Shown piece after piece: positions 24,951 through 36,530 of a stretch of 63,829 nt of DNA (positions are counted from its first letter, which is position 1; the number at the start of each line of letters is the position of its first letter). The notes beneath the pieces are model-generated. The model worked only from the letters and a program-made list of their open reading frames with translations. It had not been told where the DNA came from and did no database searches. A program made the position numbers and the translations under genes. The stretch comes from Schmidtea polychroa (taxonomy: Eukaryota): positions 48,050,172-48,114,000 of the forward strand of contig CM097885.1 in assembly GCA_044892525.1 (NCBI GenBank), given 5' to 3'.

Positions 24951-25817
24951 TTGTGTAAATTTCCAATGTTAAAAAATTGCGGGCCTTCTAGTACGATTTG
25001 TTAACATAATCAGCTTCGTCTAAGACTACAAAACATTTTTTTATCAAACTCACAAACATTCACCGGTTTTTTCGAAAGTGCTTATAAAATAGCAAAATCA
25101 CTAATATTTTGTAACTTACTTTTTCTAAGACATTCAAACTACTTGAGTGTAAGCTATGTTTAACTTTATCAACATTAATAAATTTATCATACGAAGAAAT
25201 TGTCAAAAAATCGAAATATGATTCGATCTTGGCCATGAAACGTTAGTCATAATCTAATACCAAGTTTAGGCCCAAATTTCAGAAAACGCCAAACATTTTA
25301 AATTAATTAATTTTTTATTTTGGGAAATAAAATTTATTAATTAGCAATTTATGAGCAAAATGTATTGCTAATTACCAACGCAAAACAAACAAAAGGGTAC
25401 TACTAGACATCTCATGACAAAATTATAGAAGGTTTTATCCCTGAAAGAATTCCAAAAAATGCAATAAAAATCCACTTTTGGACAAATAAAAAAGATCATT
25501 TTTAACAAATAAATTGAATTTTTTCTCAATTTTATTTGAACCGATCAAGCTAAATAGTTGATAAAATGTTGATTGAAACTACAATAAAATTCGAGTCAAA
25601 ATATTAAGGTTTTAAATAAATATAAGTTGTTTATTTCTTTTTATTTCCTCAATATTTTGCGCAAAATTAAATTCTGCAGAAAGTCATATCCAATGTCAGT
25701 AAGTTCAATGTTGGGAAATTTATTTTAAATGAGAATTTCTTTATAATCTAATTATAATTAATAAATATTGCATTTTTAATTTATTATTCTATTTATTAAT
25801 TTATTGATTGTTTTCAG

Positions 25818-25945
25818 AAACTTTATGTAGCCCCAAATATTCTGCAGATTGCAGCACATGTCGATATGTTAACGGCGAAGAGCAAGGATGCTGTAGTGAT
25901 CAATGTGTTGGAGGTTGTATAGGTGGGGGATCATCTAAATGCACG
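25818..25945 (+). CDS. EGFR: EGFR-like exon, domain II
   Basis: ttcag|...|gtaaac. QTLCSPKYSADCSTCRYVNGEEQGCCSDQCVGGCIGGGSSKCT (CC..QC.GGC motif). Phase-compatible with both neighbours. Confidence 0.9.
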
Positions 25946-25993
25946 GTAAACAAATTGTCACGTTAAATTTCAGTTCAATATTTTCATTTCTAG

Positions 25994-26129
25994 GCTTGCA
26001 AAAGAATGTTGAATGAAAAAAAATGTGTGGAACAGTGCGAAGGTCGCTATAATGGGGGAATAGATGGAACTATAATAAATAAAGAATTCAAATACCATGC
26101 GGGATTTTTTTGTTCAAAACAGTGTCCAG
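25994..26129 (+). CDS. EGFR: EGFR-like exon, domain II (dimerisation-arm region)
   Basis: ctag|...|gtaaaa. ACKRMLNEKKCVEQCEGRYNGGIDGTIINKEFKYHAGFFCSKQCP aligns with C..CPP...YNP.....NP.GKY.FG..C...CP. Confidence 0.9.
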
Positions 26130-26599
26130 GTAAAAATTTCATGAAATTAATTTAATGAAATTTCAATATTTTATTTAATTAATTTATGCACAAATATATA
26201 TTGATAAAAAGTATCAACCTCCAAAGGGCTTATGACGGATTATTTTATTATAGACAGAATCACTTTTCTGCGATTATGGAGGTTATATGCACAATGTAGA
26301 AATTTAGGTAAATCTTTTTGGACTGGACTTATACATCGTTAGACGTGAGGAGAGGTCGTTTCAGTAAAGAAAATCTTTGTTATAAAAAAATTATTGTTAT
26401 AGTTTACTACAAGTAGATAGATGTGTGGACTCCAGCCTATCAGGAATCCTCGACTCAAACAAATTTTTTTGGCAGCCCCACACCATAAAATATTTAAAAA
26501 TTTGTTTTAATCATCAATTATGTAATATTAAAAAATTTTAAATCACTGATTACATCAATTTTAATTTTTTATAAGAATTTCAAAGACACTATTGCTTGA

Positions 26600-27240
26600 A
26601 ATTAGATTCTCTAATTAATGAGACTATTAAGTAATCAAAATTTTGAAATTTCATGTTTAGTACACCTTTTTTGAATTTTCACATAATTTTAATAATTTCA
26701 CATAATAATTTTCACATAATTTCACATAATAACAACTTGAGATATTTTAAATCTCTACAAAAAGGCATCATTATATATTTCAAATAACACCTTAAACAGC
26801 GCCTTTTTCAGTCAACTTTTACATAAACATACATTTCCTATATTTAAAAAATACAAATTATTCATCTATACGTAAAAAAATTCATTCTGCTATTAAAAAA
26901 TATTATTAAAATACATATTAAAAACTAAATATGGATTAAAATCCCATTTATTAAAATCTACACTTCAAATTGGTGATTTGACATCTTTCTCATCCATTTT
27001 ATATCCCTGTATTGAAATATGTACAAACCAGCTCTCACCATCTTTATATTCAATTTCTTCAAAGGCATCATGAAATCGGGAATTTCGATTGTTGATGAAT
27101 ATATTTTCATTGCAACTTAGATTCTTATTGATTTTCCCCAGCACTTTATTTACTCTAACAACATCTTCTTTTGTTATATGAGCAATGAGACTTGAATTTG
27201 ACTGCATTTGATAATTTATATGAAATTTCATCTACCTAGA
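26600..27240 (-). pseudogene. Decayed Maverick accessory ORF of unknown function
   Basis: ORF 26965-27231 (IEYKDGESWFVHISIQGYKMDEKDVKSPI) has a close homologue (IEYKDGESWFVNMSIQVYKIDEKDVISPI) in both arms of the 10631-20276 element. Confidence 0.65.
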
Positions 27241-27529
27241 AATATCTCTTAAAGTTATAATACATTTGTACTGGTTTCACATCTTTTTTGTTTTAAACCG
27301 GTTTCGTCTCAGTTATTTTCTTAATTGAACTTGTTTCTTTCATGAAATTAAAAAATGATTTCTCCCCAAAAACATTCTTCTTAGATTGCATTTTTAAAAA
27401 TAATGACTATTATTAGGTGAGCCTTCATAAACGTTGAATTGTTTTATATTTATCATCATAAACAATGGATCAATTACCTATGGCTCATTTACCCAATCTT
27501 ATTCTAAATTTTAAATCATCTTGTTGTAA

Positions 27530-28354
27530 TGGAGAAGATATGGACAAACCCGAAAGATCCATTAGGTTTTGGTGAAGTTGCAATGTTTAAGAAAATAGTA
27601 CCAAAGTCAAAAAATTAGATGCAAAAGTAGTTGTCGAGTCAATTGGCATACAGTTTAAAAAAACCAACATTGAAACGGTTTCGCACATTAGCATATAAAA
27701 CATATCAAAGATTTATGGCAAATAGATTTAATGGAAATCATTCGATTTTCTAAAATTTTCTATTTCGACATGTATTGATGTTTTAGTAGATTTGCTATAG
27801 CTATGCTCTTGAAAACCGAATCTGCTTGTGAAATGGTAGTTGCAATAAAAACAATCTTTAAAAATGGTAAACCAAATAATTTACAAACTGATTTGGGTAA
27901 AGAATTTTATAATAGTAAAGTTAAAGAAAATCTAAAGGGAATAAATAATTACTCTGCTTTTTCTCATTTCAAAGCTGCTTACGTGAAAAGGTTTAATAGA
28001 ACATTAAGATATCGTTTGAAAAAGAATTTTGTACATCAAGATATCAAAACTTGGATAAATGTTTTACCGAAAATAATTCATATGTACAATCATTCAGAAC
28101 ATAGAGATTTAAAGGGTATGAGCCCGATTGATGTAACATCTAAAAATACTATGAAAATATTATTATCACAACAAGATATAACAAAAACTACGAAACCTAA
28201 ATATGAAGTTAGTGATCATGTTGATATAAGTAAAATATCGGCTTCACCATTCATTAAATATTTTGACAACAACTGGAGGGATGTCTTTGAAATATTAAAG
28301 ATTAATACGAAACAGAGTCTTGTTATGTGTGTTATTAAAGATATTGACCTATAA
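27530..28354 (+). pseudogene. Maverick-type retroviral-like (rve) integrase, frameshifted
   Basis: WQIDL-like motif upstream, then KPNNLQTDLGKEFYN (second D) and KAAYVKRFNRTL (position of ERFNRTL). The N-terminal part is broken by stops and frameshifts. Confidence 0.85.
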
Positions 28355-28882
28355 TTTTAATTATACAAAATAATAATCAACAAAATCTCAAGAATTACTC
28401 AAGGAAACAAAAACAGAAACGGAGTCAAGAATGATAAGATTTATTTATTATTATTAATATTAATTTTTATAGGAACTAAAATAAATACTAACATTGCCAA
28501 AATATTAAATTACAATTGATGTAATCAAGAAATTTAAATTTTGTTGAAATATTTCGTAATTTATGATTAAATCAAAAATTAAAATATTATGTAATCACCG
28601 ATTAAAACAAATTTTGAAGAAATATTCTGATGGGTCACCTAAAAAAGGTACTTCGCCCAAAAAAAAATTTTGAAAGAAATTCCCATGAGCTGGAGTCCAA
28701 ACATATATCTACTACTACAATATATAACACTTTTATCGAAATTAGTATAAGCCAGGGGCGGCTCACGAAATTTTGTCCAAGCCGAGCCCCCTATGTAAAC
28801 TTTTATGAAGCGCCTATCTTAAAGAATGTCAACTGAAACATTACGTTTTAATCATTTCAATTTCTTAATTCAACGTGTAGGT

Positions 28883-31800
28883 TAGGGTGGGTCGAATGTT
28901 AATAAATTTTGAGTTCAAGAAAGGAAACATGGTTAAAAAGTTGTATTTTGGTATAGAAAAATCGAATCAAACCATTTTACTTAGATTTATGGACATTTAC
29001 TGCTCCCAACTTTTCTCCGAAAATGCAGTTCAACATAAGTGTGAAAACAATGTAATTTGGCCAGTGTCGGAATGTGTTTTGCGCCTTTGTCCATATTTAG
29101 ATGTAGCTTTCTTAAGAGCTTATAAGTATATTATTTACTCTCTTGGGCTGAGATAGTATATTCTGTGTCCTCATCCCGCATTGAAATATATCCTGACAAC
29201 GTCAGTGATTAGGAAGGGCCAAATTCGAATTATCCTTTTCAAAGACAAAAATCAACTTTCGAAATTATTTTTTATTAAAAACATCCAGCCAAAAGTTTAG
29301 AAATGTATTAGCGAGGGCATAAAAAGAAGTCACATGAAATCAGCTTTGCTTTGCACCTTGGGCAATTCCTTCCTTGATTTTTTACACAGTAGTACCATAC
29401 CATGTCTGGACTTGTGACCAAACACTTTGCAACTGGCAGAAGAAACATCTTTGATGGCTCTTTCAACGGCTTGAGAATGACAGGGAAATTGTTCTAATGT
29501 AATTTTCTTATTCATCTTCAATTCATGATCCAATATATGAGATAAAAAAGCGGGAGGCGTCAAATTACATTTTGTCCAGTCAATCATGTCAACATATGAT
29601 GTAGCAGACGACTGAAGAAAGACAGTATTCTTGTCCATAGTGCGAATCACTTCGGAAGGGAGAAAATTTTGTCTTGCAGTTATGATTTTTTCTGTTGAAA
29701 ACTTTCTGATTTCTTCATCATCATCACCAACAGCAGCTAGGAGTATATTTTCTGGATGTGAGAAGTAATTGTTGTTCTAAATGACAGGAAAGATGATTTC
29801 TTGGTCTGATGGATCCAAATCCTGCAGAAGTTGGAGCATATAAAAAATATTTCTTGCACCATCTTGGCATGACGAGTGAGTCTTTATATAAAACCATGAC
29901 GGTCCATAGAAATTGACAATAAATTTCACTATTCGCATGAGAGGTTCAGATGGAGCAGTTTCGGACATATATAGTCGCAGAATTCTATTAGCTTTCGTTA
30001 GCCAGCGACTGTGATTCAAATTTCCTGGTTGTGCCATTTGTAGAAAAGGGACATCCTTGTTGTTGTGGTACTCTTTCTGGACTGCCAAGCATACTCTGAG
30101 GAAATACAATTGATCAGTGTTCAATTCTTTCTTGACATTTTCACTAATATCTACGACCTTTCCAGGAAGGGACATAAAGGTTACTACGGGCTTGTCTTTT
30201 GGATCAAAATCAAGAACGCTTCCTATTTCACCACATGACGTTTTTGGACCTTTTGTTTCTCCACCATCGACGACTGAAAAATACTTCCTGAATGGCAATT
30301 CATTTGCATGCAACAAGCATATCAGCCATTGTAGAGGTCGCCCTAGGCTTTTTTCGAGTCTTCTGATTATTCCATTATTTTTTCCGGTGTTTGTATTGGT
30401 TCCATCGCACACAATTGCTTGAAGGGTCAGTGAGGACTGCGTGCTAACGATGATTGACATGATTTCTTTGCCAATATCCACAGCTTTACTACTTTGAGGT
30501 ACAACATGATCGATATATGTATCCCCTGGAAAGGCGACAATCACATAATGCTCCTCTTTTAGGATCCTTCTATGAAGTAAGGTGGAATCTTGTTTCCCGT
30601 CGAAACCGAGGCAAATCAAGTTTTTCGCTTCTGCTGAATGCTGTTCAATTTCTCTCTCCCTCCAGTACTTTCTCTGACGCCGTAATTTTGCGGGATCGAT
30701 GATTGTTTGAGAGGATAACAGTTCCATATCTTTCAGAAAAGCGTTTACTAGCAAACACGTGTCTCTGTTGCTCACACCACATCTATCAACAGCTTTACTT
30801 AATTCAGGATAATGTCTTCTATTTTGAAATTCATCACATTCTTCTACGCTTGACTCTGAGCTTTCTGTTGAATTGTCTAACTTATCTTTACTTTCATCAC
30901 TAGCGGCTTCACTCTCCGTGTCACTTCTTGAGGTCGGATGTAGATCGTTAACTTCAGTGTCCATTATTTCATTTTTCATTTGTTTTCCTTTTCCTGTAGG
31001 GCTGCTTTTCGTTTGTTTTCTCTTCAATTTTGAGGTTTCCTGTCTGTCCGCATTTCCGATTTTCATGTTTCTGGTAGTTTGTTGGTCAATCCAGAACTCC
31101 CACTCTAAGGTAGGAATTTTCAAGGCCAATCGGCATGTACACTGACTTCTTCCACGAGCACCATCATTAAAACATTTGCAGCAACATATGTCAAACAATT
31201 TGGAAAACGAGCTTAACTTATCTTGAAATTTGGCAGATGACCTCTTGCATTCTGGATACTTCTCTAATTCACGCACTTTTGATATTAGTCGCTTGACACG
31301 AACCACAATACTACTGAACTCAACAGTTGGGATACTTGCCTTCATATAAATTTCCTTCACCTTATTTGCGAGAAGAGTTGCTTGTTCGTTAAAGCCAGTA
31401 TGAAATTGCGTACATTTCTCATTGTAACAGTAATCACGAAACACATCTTCACAAGTAGGTAATTGGTTTCTGGGTAATTCACAAGTTTGACCAAACAGAC
31501 AATGACGTGATTTACTTCTTGTTTTGCGAAATTGCTTATTTCTCTGTCCCTTCATAACTGCTCTTCTGTACTCAGCTCTGGCAAAATAAAGGTGAATCAT
31601 CAAGTTAACTTTTTTAATTAGGTCCAGCAAACACTTGACATCCAATCGAAACAAATTAAATTATCTGAGTTTAGACTGACTAGTAGTATCCATGTGGATT
31701 ATGTGTTGACTGTAGTGTGTGTGTTAGTATTGTTCAGAAGAAATTGTCTTTGTGAGTGCTTGTGTGAAGGTGCTTCCGTGAATTAACCTCTCTATACATG

Positions 31801-32053
31801 CACGCGTTAGCTTGGACTTGTGAATAGAGCATGTCAAAAATGGTCTTTCTGCAAGCGTGTGACTGCTTGCAGGATGAATTTACAATGGCACGTGTGCGAG
31901 CATTTTTACTGGGATAGTACTAATACATACAAACAAAAGTTGGGACCTGTAAACCCGTTTAAACAGCAGTCTTTTGCAGGGATATTTCATTTTCTAGCAT
32001 AAGCACAACTTTTTAGGCATGTTTGGAGAAAAAAAAATTTTCGACCCACCCTA
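28883..32053 (-). mobile_element. hATm-type DNA transposon (3171 bp)
   Basis: Perfect 13-bp TIR TAGGGTGGGTCGA, perfect 8-bp TSD GTGTAGGT and an internal transposase. Confidence 0.88.
29330..31654 (-). pseudogene. hATm transposase with one in-frame TAG at 29777-29779
   Basis: GFDGKQD, CDGTNTNTG, CLLHANELP, HSRWLT and, beyond the stop in the same frame, YFSHPEN, MIDW and PCHSQAVER. Confidence 0.85.
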
Positions 32054-33532
32054 GTGTAGGTATTTCATGATAAATTTTTTATAGAATGAAATAAAAAATC
32101 TGTCCATTTCTAAATATAATAATTTATGCATTTTCTTAATACATAAATAATAATACAAATAATTAAGAAGTGACATTGTCAAAGAGAAAAATTAAAGATA
32201 TCATTATTATAATCATTTATTATAAAAAATGGCTAAATCATCAAACGCATTTTTTAGTAAATAATTTCTTTTCTATATTCAAGAAATAATTTATAAAAAT
32301 ATTTTTGCGCCCTACAAAATTTAGCGCCCTAGGCGGCCGCCTACTTCGCCTATATGGTTGAGCCATCCATGGTATGAGCTAAAACTTTCGCCAAGTTAGT
32401 GATATATTCATCAAAGGCTACACTTAACGGATAGTACAAATTTCCATAGTCTGGATTTATTGCATATCCGGTATTTATAGAAGCGCATTGTGTCAGACAT
32501 ATGCAAATGAAGTTACAATAAAGTTTCATTTTCTTGCTTGACGTTTTCATTTTATTTTCTATTATTTTTGTTGGCATAAAATTGCATAGTTGATACTATT
32601 GTATGTTGAACGATAATAAATTCTATATTCATTCTATGTAGGCATTCTTTAGTACCCAGAACTGCGTAATTAAGCTAATGGTTTCGTGATGCTCAAATAT
32701 TCAGTACAGAGAAATGTCCTTTTGACCAATGTGAATTTGCAGAATAAGTTAAAGTGGGAATAATACCTTAATAAACATGACTTTCCTCATTGCGAAAATG
32801 GAAGCAAACAATCTTTTTGGTATTTAGTTTGTGTTATTCGAGCCGCATAATCTTTCTCAAAGTATCCATGAATTTCACAACAAGAAAAATGACTATTTAT
32901 GCAATACTTAAATAGTTAAGAAGATTCCAATTTCTTAATACGTAATCCCGAATAAGCATAAATGTAATATAGTTTTTTTATGGTTTTTATTGCAATCCTG
33001 TACTCAATTTCTTTACATACATCTTGAATAGAATTTCTTGCTATTACCTTTTATAATAAATCACTTTATATAACTTTATTTTAAGTATATTATACATTCG
33101 AAATGTACACATAATTTCCCACATCTATTTCATATGTATATAGAGCTGCTTACAAAAATATTTAATAAATTGTTTGTAAGGGGATCTGCAATTCTCATTT
33201 TATCAGAGGTCATATCCAACTCAATGGGGTCATGCTAATAATTAATATTACATATTTCATTTCATAATTTTGATACAAACAAGGCAAATTTTATGAAGTA
33301 TTTTCAGAAAGGATAATAAAGAACAATTTGTATAAATAAGTCAGAGTCCCTTAAAAGGACAAAAAACATAACTCAAATTTTCTTGTAACAATTTTAACAA
33401 TTATATTATGTGCAGAATGTAATTTTTAAATTAAACGGTTCAGATGTAATTTTAAAAATAATATAATTAATTTTTATTTTTAATTACTATTTGAATTGAT
33501 AATTATTACTGATCCCTTTTCCATTTGTTCAG

Positions 33533-33649
33533 CGATGATGCTGCCCGAAGATTCAGGATGCGTACATAAATGTACTGAAGGATACTTCAAAAACAAAACA
33601 AATCACTGCATCAAGTGCTACGGAAATATGTGTTTAAACGATGATCTTC
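33533..33649 (+). CDS. EGFR: EGFR-like exon, end of domain II
   Basis: ttcag|...|gtaagt. AMMLPEDSGCVHKCTEGYFKNKTNHCIKCYGNMCLNDDL. Confidence 0.9.
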
Positions 33650-34436
33650 GTAAGTAAATATTTTTGGGAATTTATTTGGAAACAATTGTGAGGGTGCACA
33701 AATATCATAGAATACTTGGCCAAAATCCTGACCGCAAAAAAATTTTAATTCAATTTAATACACGAACCAACGGGATTTATAATGTATATATAAATCATTT
33801 CTTAAATAAAACTTATTTATAAAGAAAAGCGAGAACTCATCGATTTTCGTAAATTTAAAATCAAATTTTATTTTCTGAAAATAAATCGTAACAAAATTTA
33901 ATTTGTTAATGTAGTTTTGATTTAACCTGGGATATTTTTAAAAAGATTTTTTAAAATGTATTTTTGAGTACGATTTTATAAAAATAAATTTAATTTAATA
34001 TATAAAATTTGTAGTTTTAATTAATTTTTAAACTAATTATTGAATTAATTTTTTAAATATTGTTTTTTGTATGTTTCATTTTTTATATATTTCACTTTTT
34101 TTCTGGCAGATCAAGTTTGAATAATGTACAATAATTGAGACTTTCTTCCATAATGTAAATTGGTGTAATATTTAGATGAAAATTCTATTTTAAAAAATCA
34201 AATCATTTTGCTATATAATGTGACTTATTAATTATTTCGTTATTAAATATCTATGACGTAACGATTACATATTATTACATAACTGATATGTTGATTAATT
34301 CATCGTAGTTGCGAAACTATCATACGCTTTAAAGACATCATCCATAATAATTTTAATTTATGAATAACTATTTACCTAATTCTTACATACCACTGTAAAT
34401 TATTATGTAACGGGTTCTATTGTAGTTTGCCTCAAC

Positions 34437-34640
34437 CAGAAGTTCTCAAAGTGTAACTCGCGGAAACTTTATAAAATATATACACTAAGTAATGAGCAAC
34501 GGGAAATTTTGATATTCACATATAAACTACTAGTTTTACTCGGTATTTGTCTTTCCATCCATCTTTAATAATGGGGTGGGTTGTGAAAAGTTTCTACTTT
34601 TTATATTGGATCCTGCTAGTCGAAAGTCTGAGAACCACTG
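34437..34640. mobile_element. Possible Charlie/Buster-type hAT MITE
   Basis: CAGAAGTTCTCAAAGT ... AGTCTGAGAACCACTG imperfect TIRs. No TSD was recognised. Confidence 0.4.
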
Positions 34641-35520
34641 GTCTAGGATAAAATTTCTTTGGATAAATGGCTTGTTGCAAATTTTACATTACTAGTGTAT
34701 TTTCTAGTTTGACGTCTCCTGATTACTTCTCAAAATCAGCTCGTACTCGGCCTCAATTAGTGCATCATTAACTAAACAATTATAGTTTATCATAATACCA
34801 TGGGTATTTAACATTCAATATAATACTTAATTCTTTAGTGTCCAAAACTGTATTTAACTAAAAAATTAAATTTTGATCATTAATAATTTTTAACAGTTGA
34901 ACCAATAGTAACGACAGATATGTATATCAATTCACCGCTGTGTTCTCTGCAAGTGGCGACAGACAGAAGCAGTCAAATTACGCTCAAATGACTAAATTAT
35001 GGAAAAAAATAACACTTTTAAGTATCGTTAGACACTAAAGGGTTAAAATATACTTTTCTGTATTAAAAGACAAAGCTATTAAGAATAAAATATCAAAATA
35101 TTTCATTTCATAAGGTTAAAAAATGACACCGAATTTATCATTTTGTCAAAGTTTGTTAAATTTTAAATATAAAATTAAAATATTATTTTAATAAATTTTT
35201 ACTGTTCATATCTCAAACATAATTCTCAAATTTAATTTTACTTTTACCACGAAAGTTAGTCAAAAATTTAAAAAAAATTAATATTTAATATAGTTTCTAA
35301 AAGATTAATTAATAGTTTTAAGAGAAAAGCTTAAATTGGAAAAATTATGCACCATTCGATAGAAAGTTGAAATTTCTGATAACACTTAAAAAAACGATAT
35401 TTTGTCCATTAAAATTAAAGTTTATTTTAAAATTAAATTTAAAATTTTATATTACACAATATTTCACAAAATACATAGATTTTTGTTTAGATAAAATTTT
35501 AAAAATATATTTGAATTTAG

Positions 35521-35656
35521 CTTGTAACCTAATGAAAATAGCTGACCACACTGATGGGTCAAAGAATTTCTATTTGACGGCTAAAGATTTAGTTCAACTG
35601 AAAAATTGCAAAAAGATTGTGGGATATATAATTCTTACTATGGACTCATTTGTCAA
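35521..35656 (+). CDS. EGFR: EGFR-like exon, start of L-domain III
   Basis: tttag|...|gtaatt. PCNLMKIADHTDGSKNFYLTAKDLVQLKNCKKIVGYIILTMDSFVK corresponds to C......I.A.NI..F.NC..I.G.L.I. Confidence 0.88.
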
Positions 35657-36239
35657 GTAATTTTATTTCATTATTATCATGTTTATTTTAGCATTAGTTA
35701 GCCATACTACAGAAAAAAATTTACTCAATAGTTTTTTAAACTATTTTAAAAACTTTATTAAATACTGTATTTTCTTTATAAATTACTGTATCATTTATTT
35801 GAGTCAGTGTAACAAAGCTGAAATGTCAGTTTTTGACACGAATTTTTCATCATAGATAATAAAATTAAAAACAAGTTATTGTCGAATCCACATAGGTTTG
35901 TTTCCATCGATNNNNNNNNNNNNNNNNNNNNNNNNNNNNNNNNNNNNNNNNNNNNNNNNNNNNNNNNNNNNNNNNNNNNNNNNNNNNNNNNNNNNNNNNN
36001 NNNNNNNNNNNNNNNNNNNNNNNNNNNNNNNNNNNNNNNNNNNNNNNNNNNNNNNNNNNNNNNNNNNNNNNNNNNNNNNNNNNNCGCGGAAACTTTATAA
36101 AATTACTAATATTTGTTTTCTTTTTAATATACGTTAAATTCAACATTGCTGGTTCACAATTTTGACCATATTGTTCAAATCCAGACTCTTCTATATCTTA
36201 TAGCACTATAGATTGTATTTTTACATTCAGAGCCATTGA

Positions 36240-36530
36240 CCAGATTTAGTTGTCTACTGTGACACTTTAGAAACTGGATGTCTTCATGATTTAAGTGACA
36301 TCATCAACAAATTTCAGAGATACACAACAAAAACAATTAAACGTTTTCATAAAGTGCAATTAAAATGCGATCAATTTTTTCCTTAGTCAATCTTTCTACA
36401 AAAAAGATATTATGGGAGACATTGGTTATTAAATCACAATTAACATTCAATCAACAATGATTTCATTCGTTAAGCAAGTCTGTTCCAATATTTATTCTGT
36501 TTGAATGTTGATTCCTGAAACGCGTTGCAC
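36240..36530 (+). mobile_element. Penelope-like GIY-YIG remnant
   Basis: RFSC.. and KILWETLVIKSQ..NIQ are related to 24600-24950. They are followed by GAAACGCGTT, resembling the canonical PLE hammerhead stem III. Confidence 0.5.

Larger units (their letters stand above)
26412..28713. mobile_element. Non-autonomous Maverick/Polinton derivative (2302 bp)
   Basis: TIR AGTAGATA.ATGT.TGGACTCCAGC at both ends, 6-bp TSD ACTACA (26406-26411 and 28714-28719) and an internal integrase pseudogene. Confidence 0.9.
28753..32371. mobile_element. hAT MITE interrupted by the hATm element
   Basis: Imperfect TIR CAGGGGCGGCTCA / TGAGCCATCCATG and 8-bp TSD GTATAAGC / GTATGAGC. Confidence 0.75.

Noticed and set aside
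32380-33340. Decayed coding-like region with ORF 32350-32577
   Set aside because: It could not be assigned to a family, and the ORF start overlaps a MITE end.
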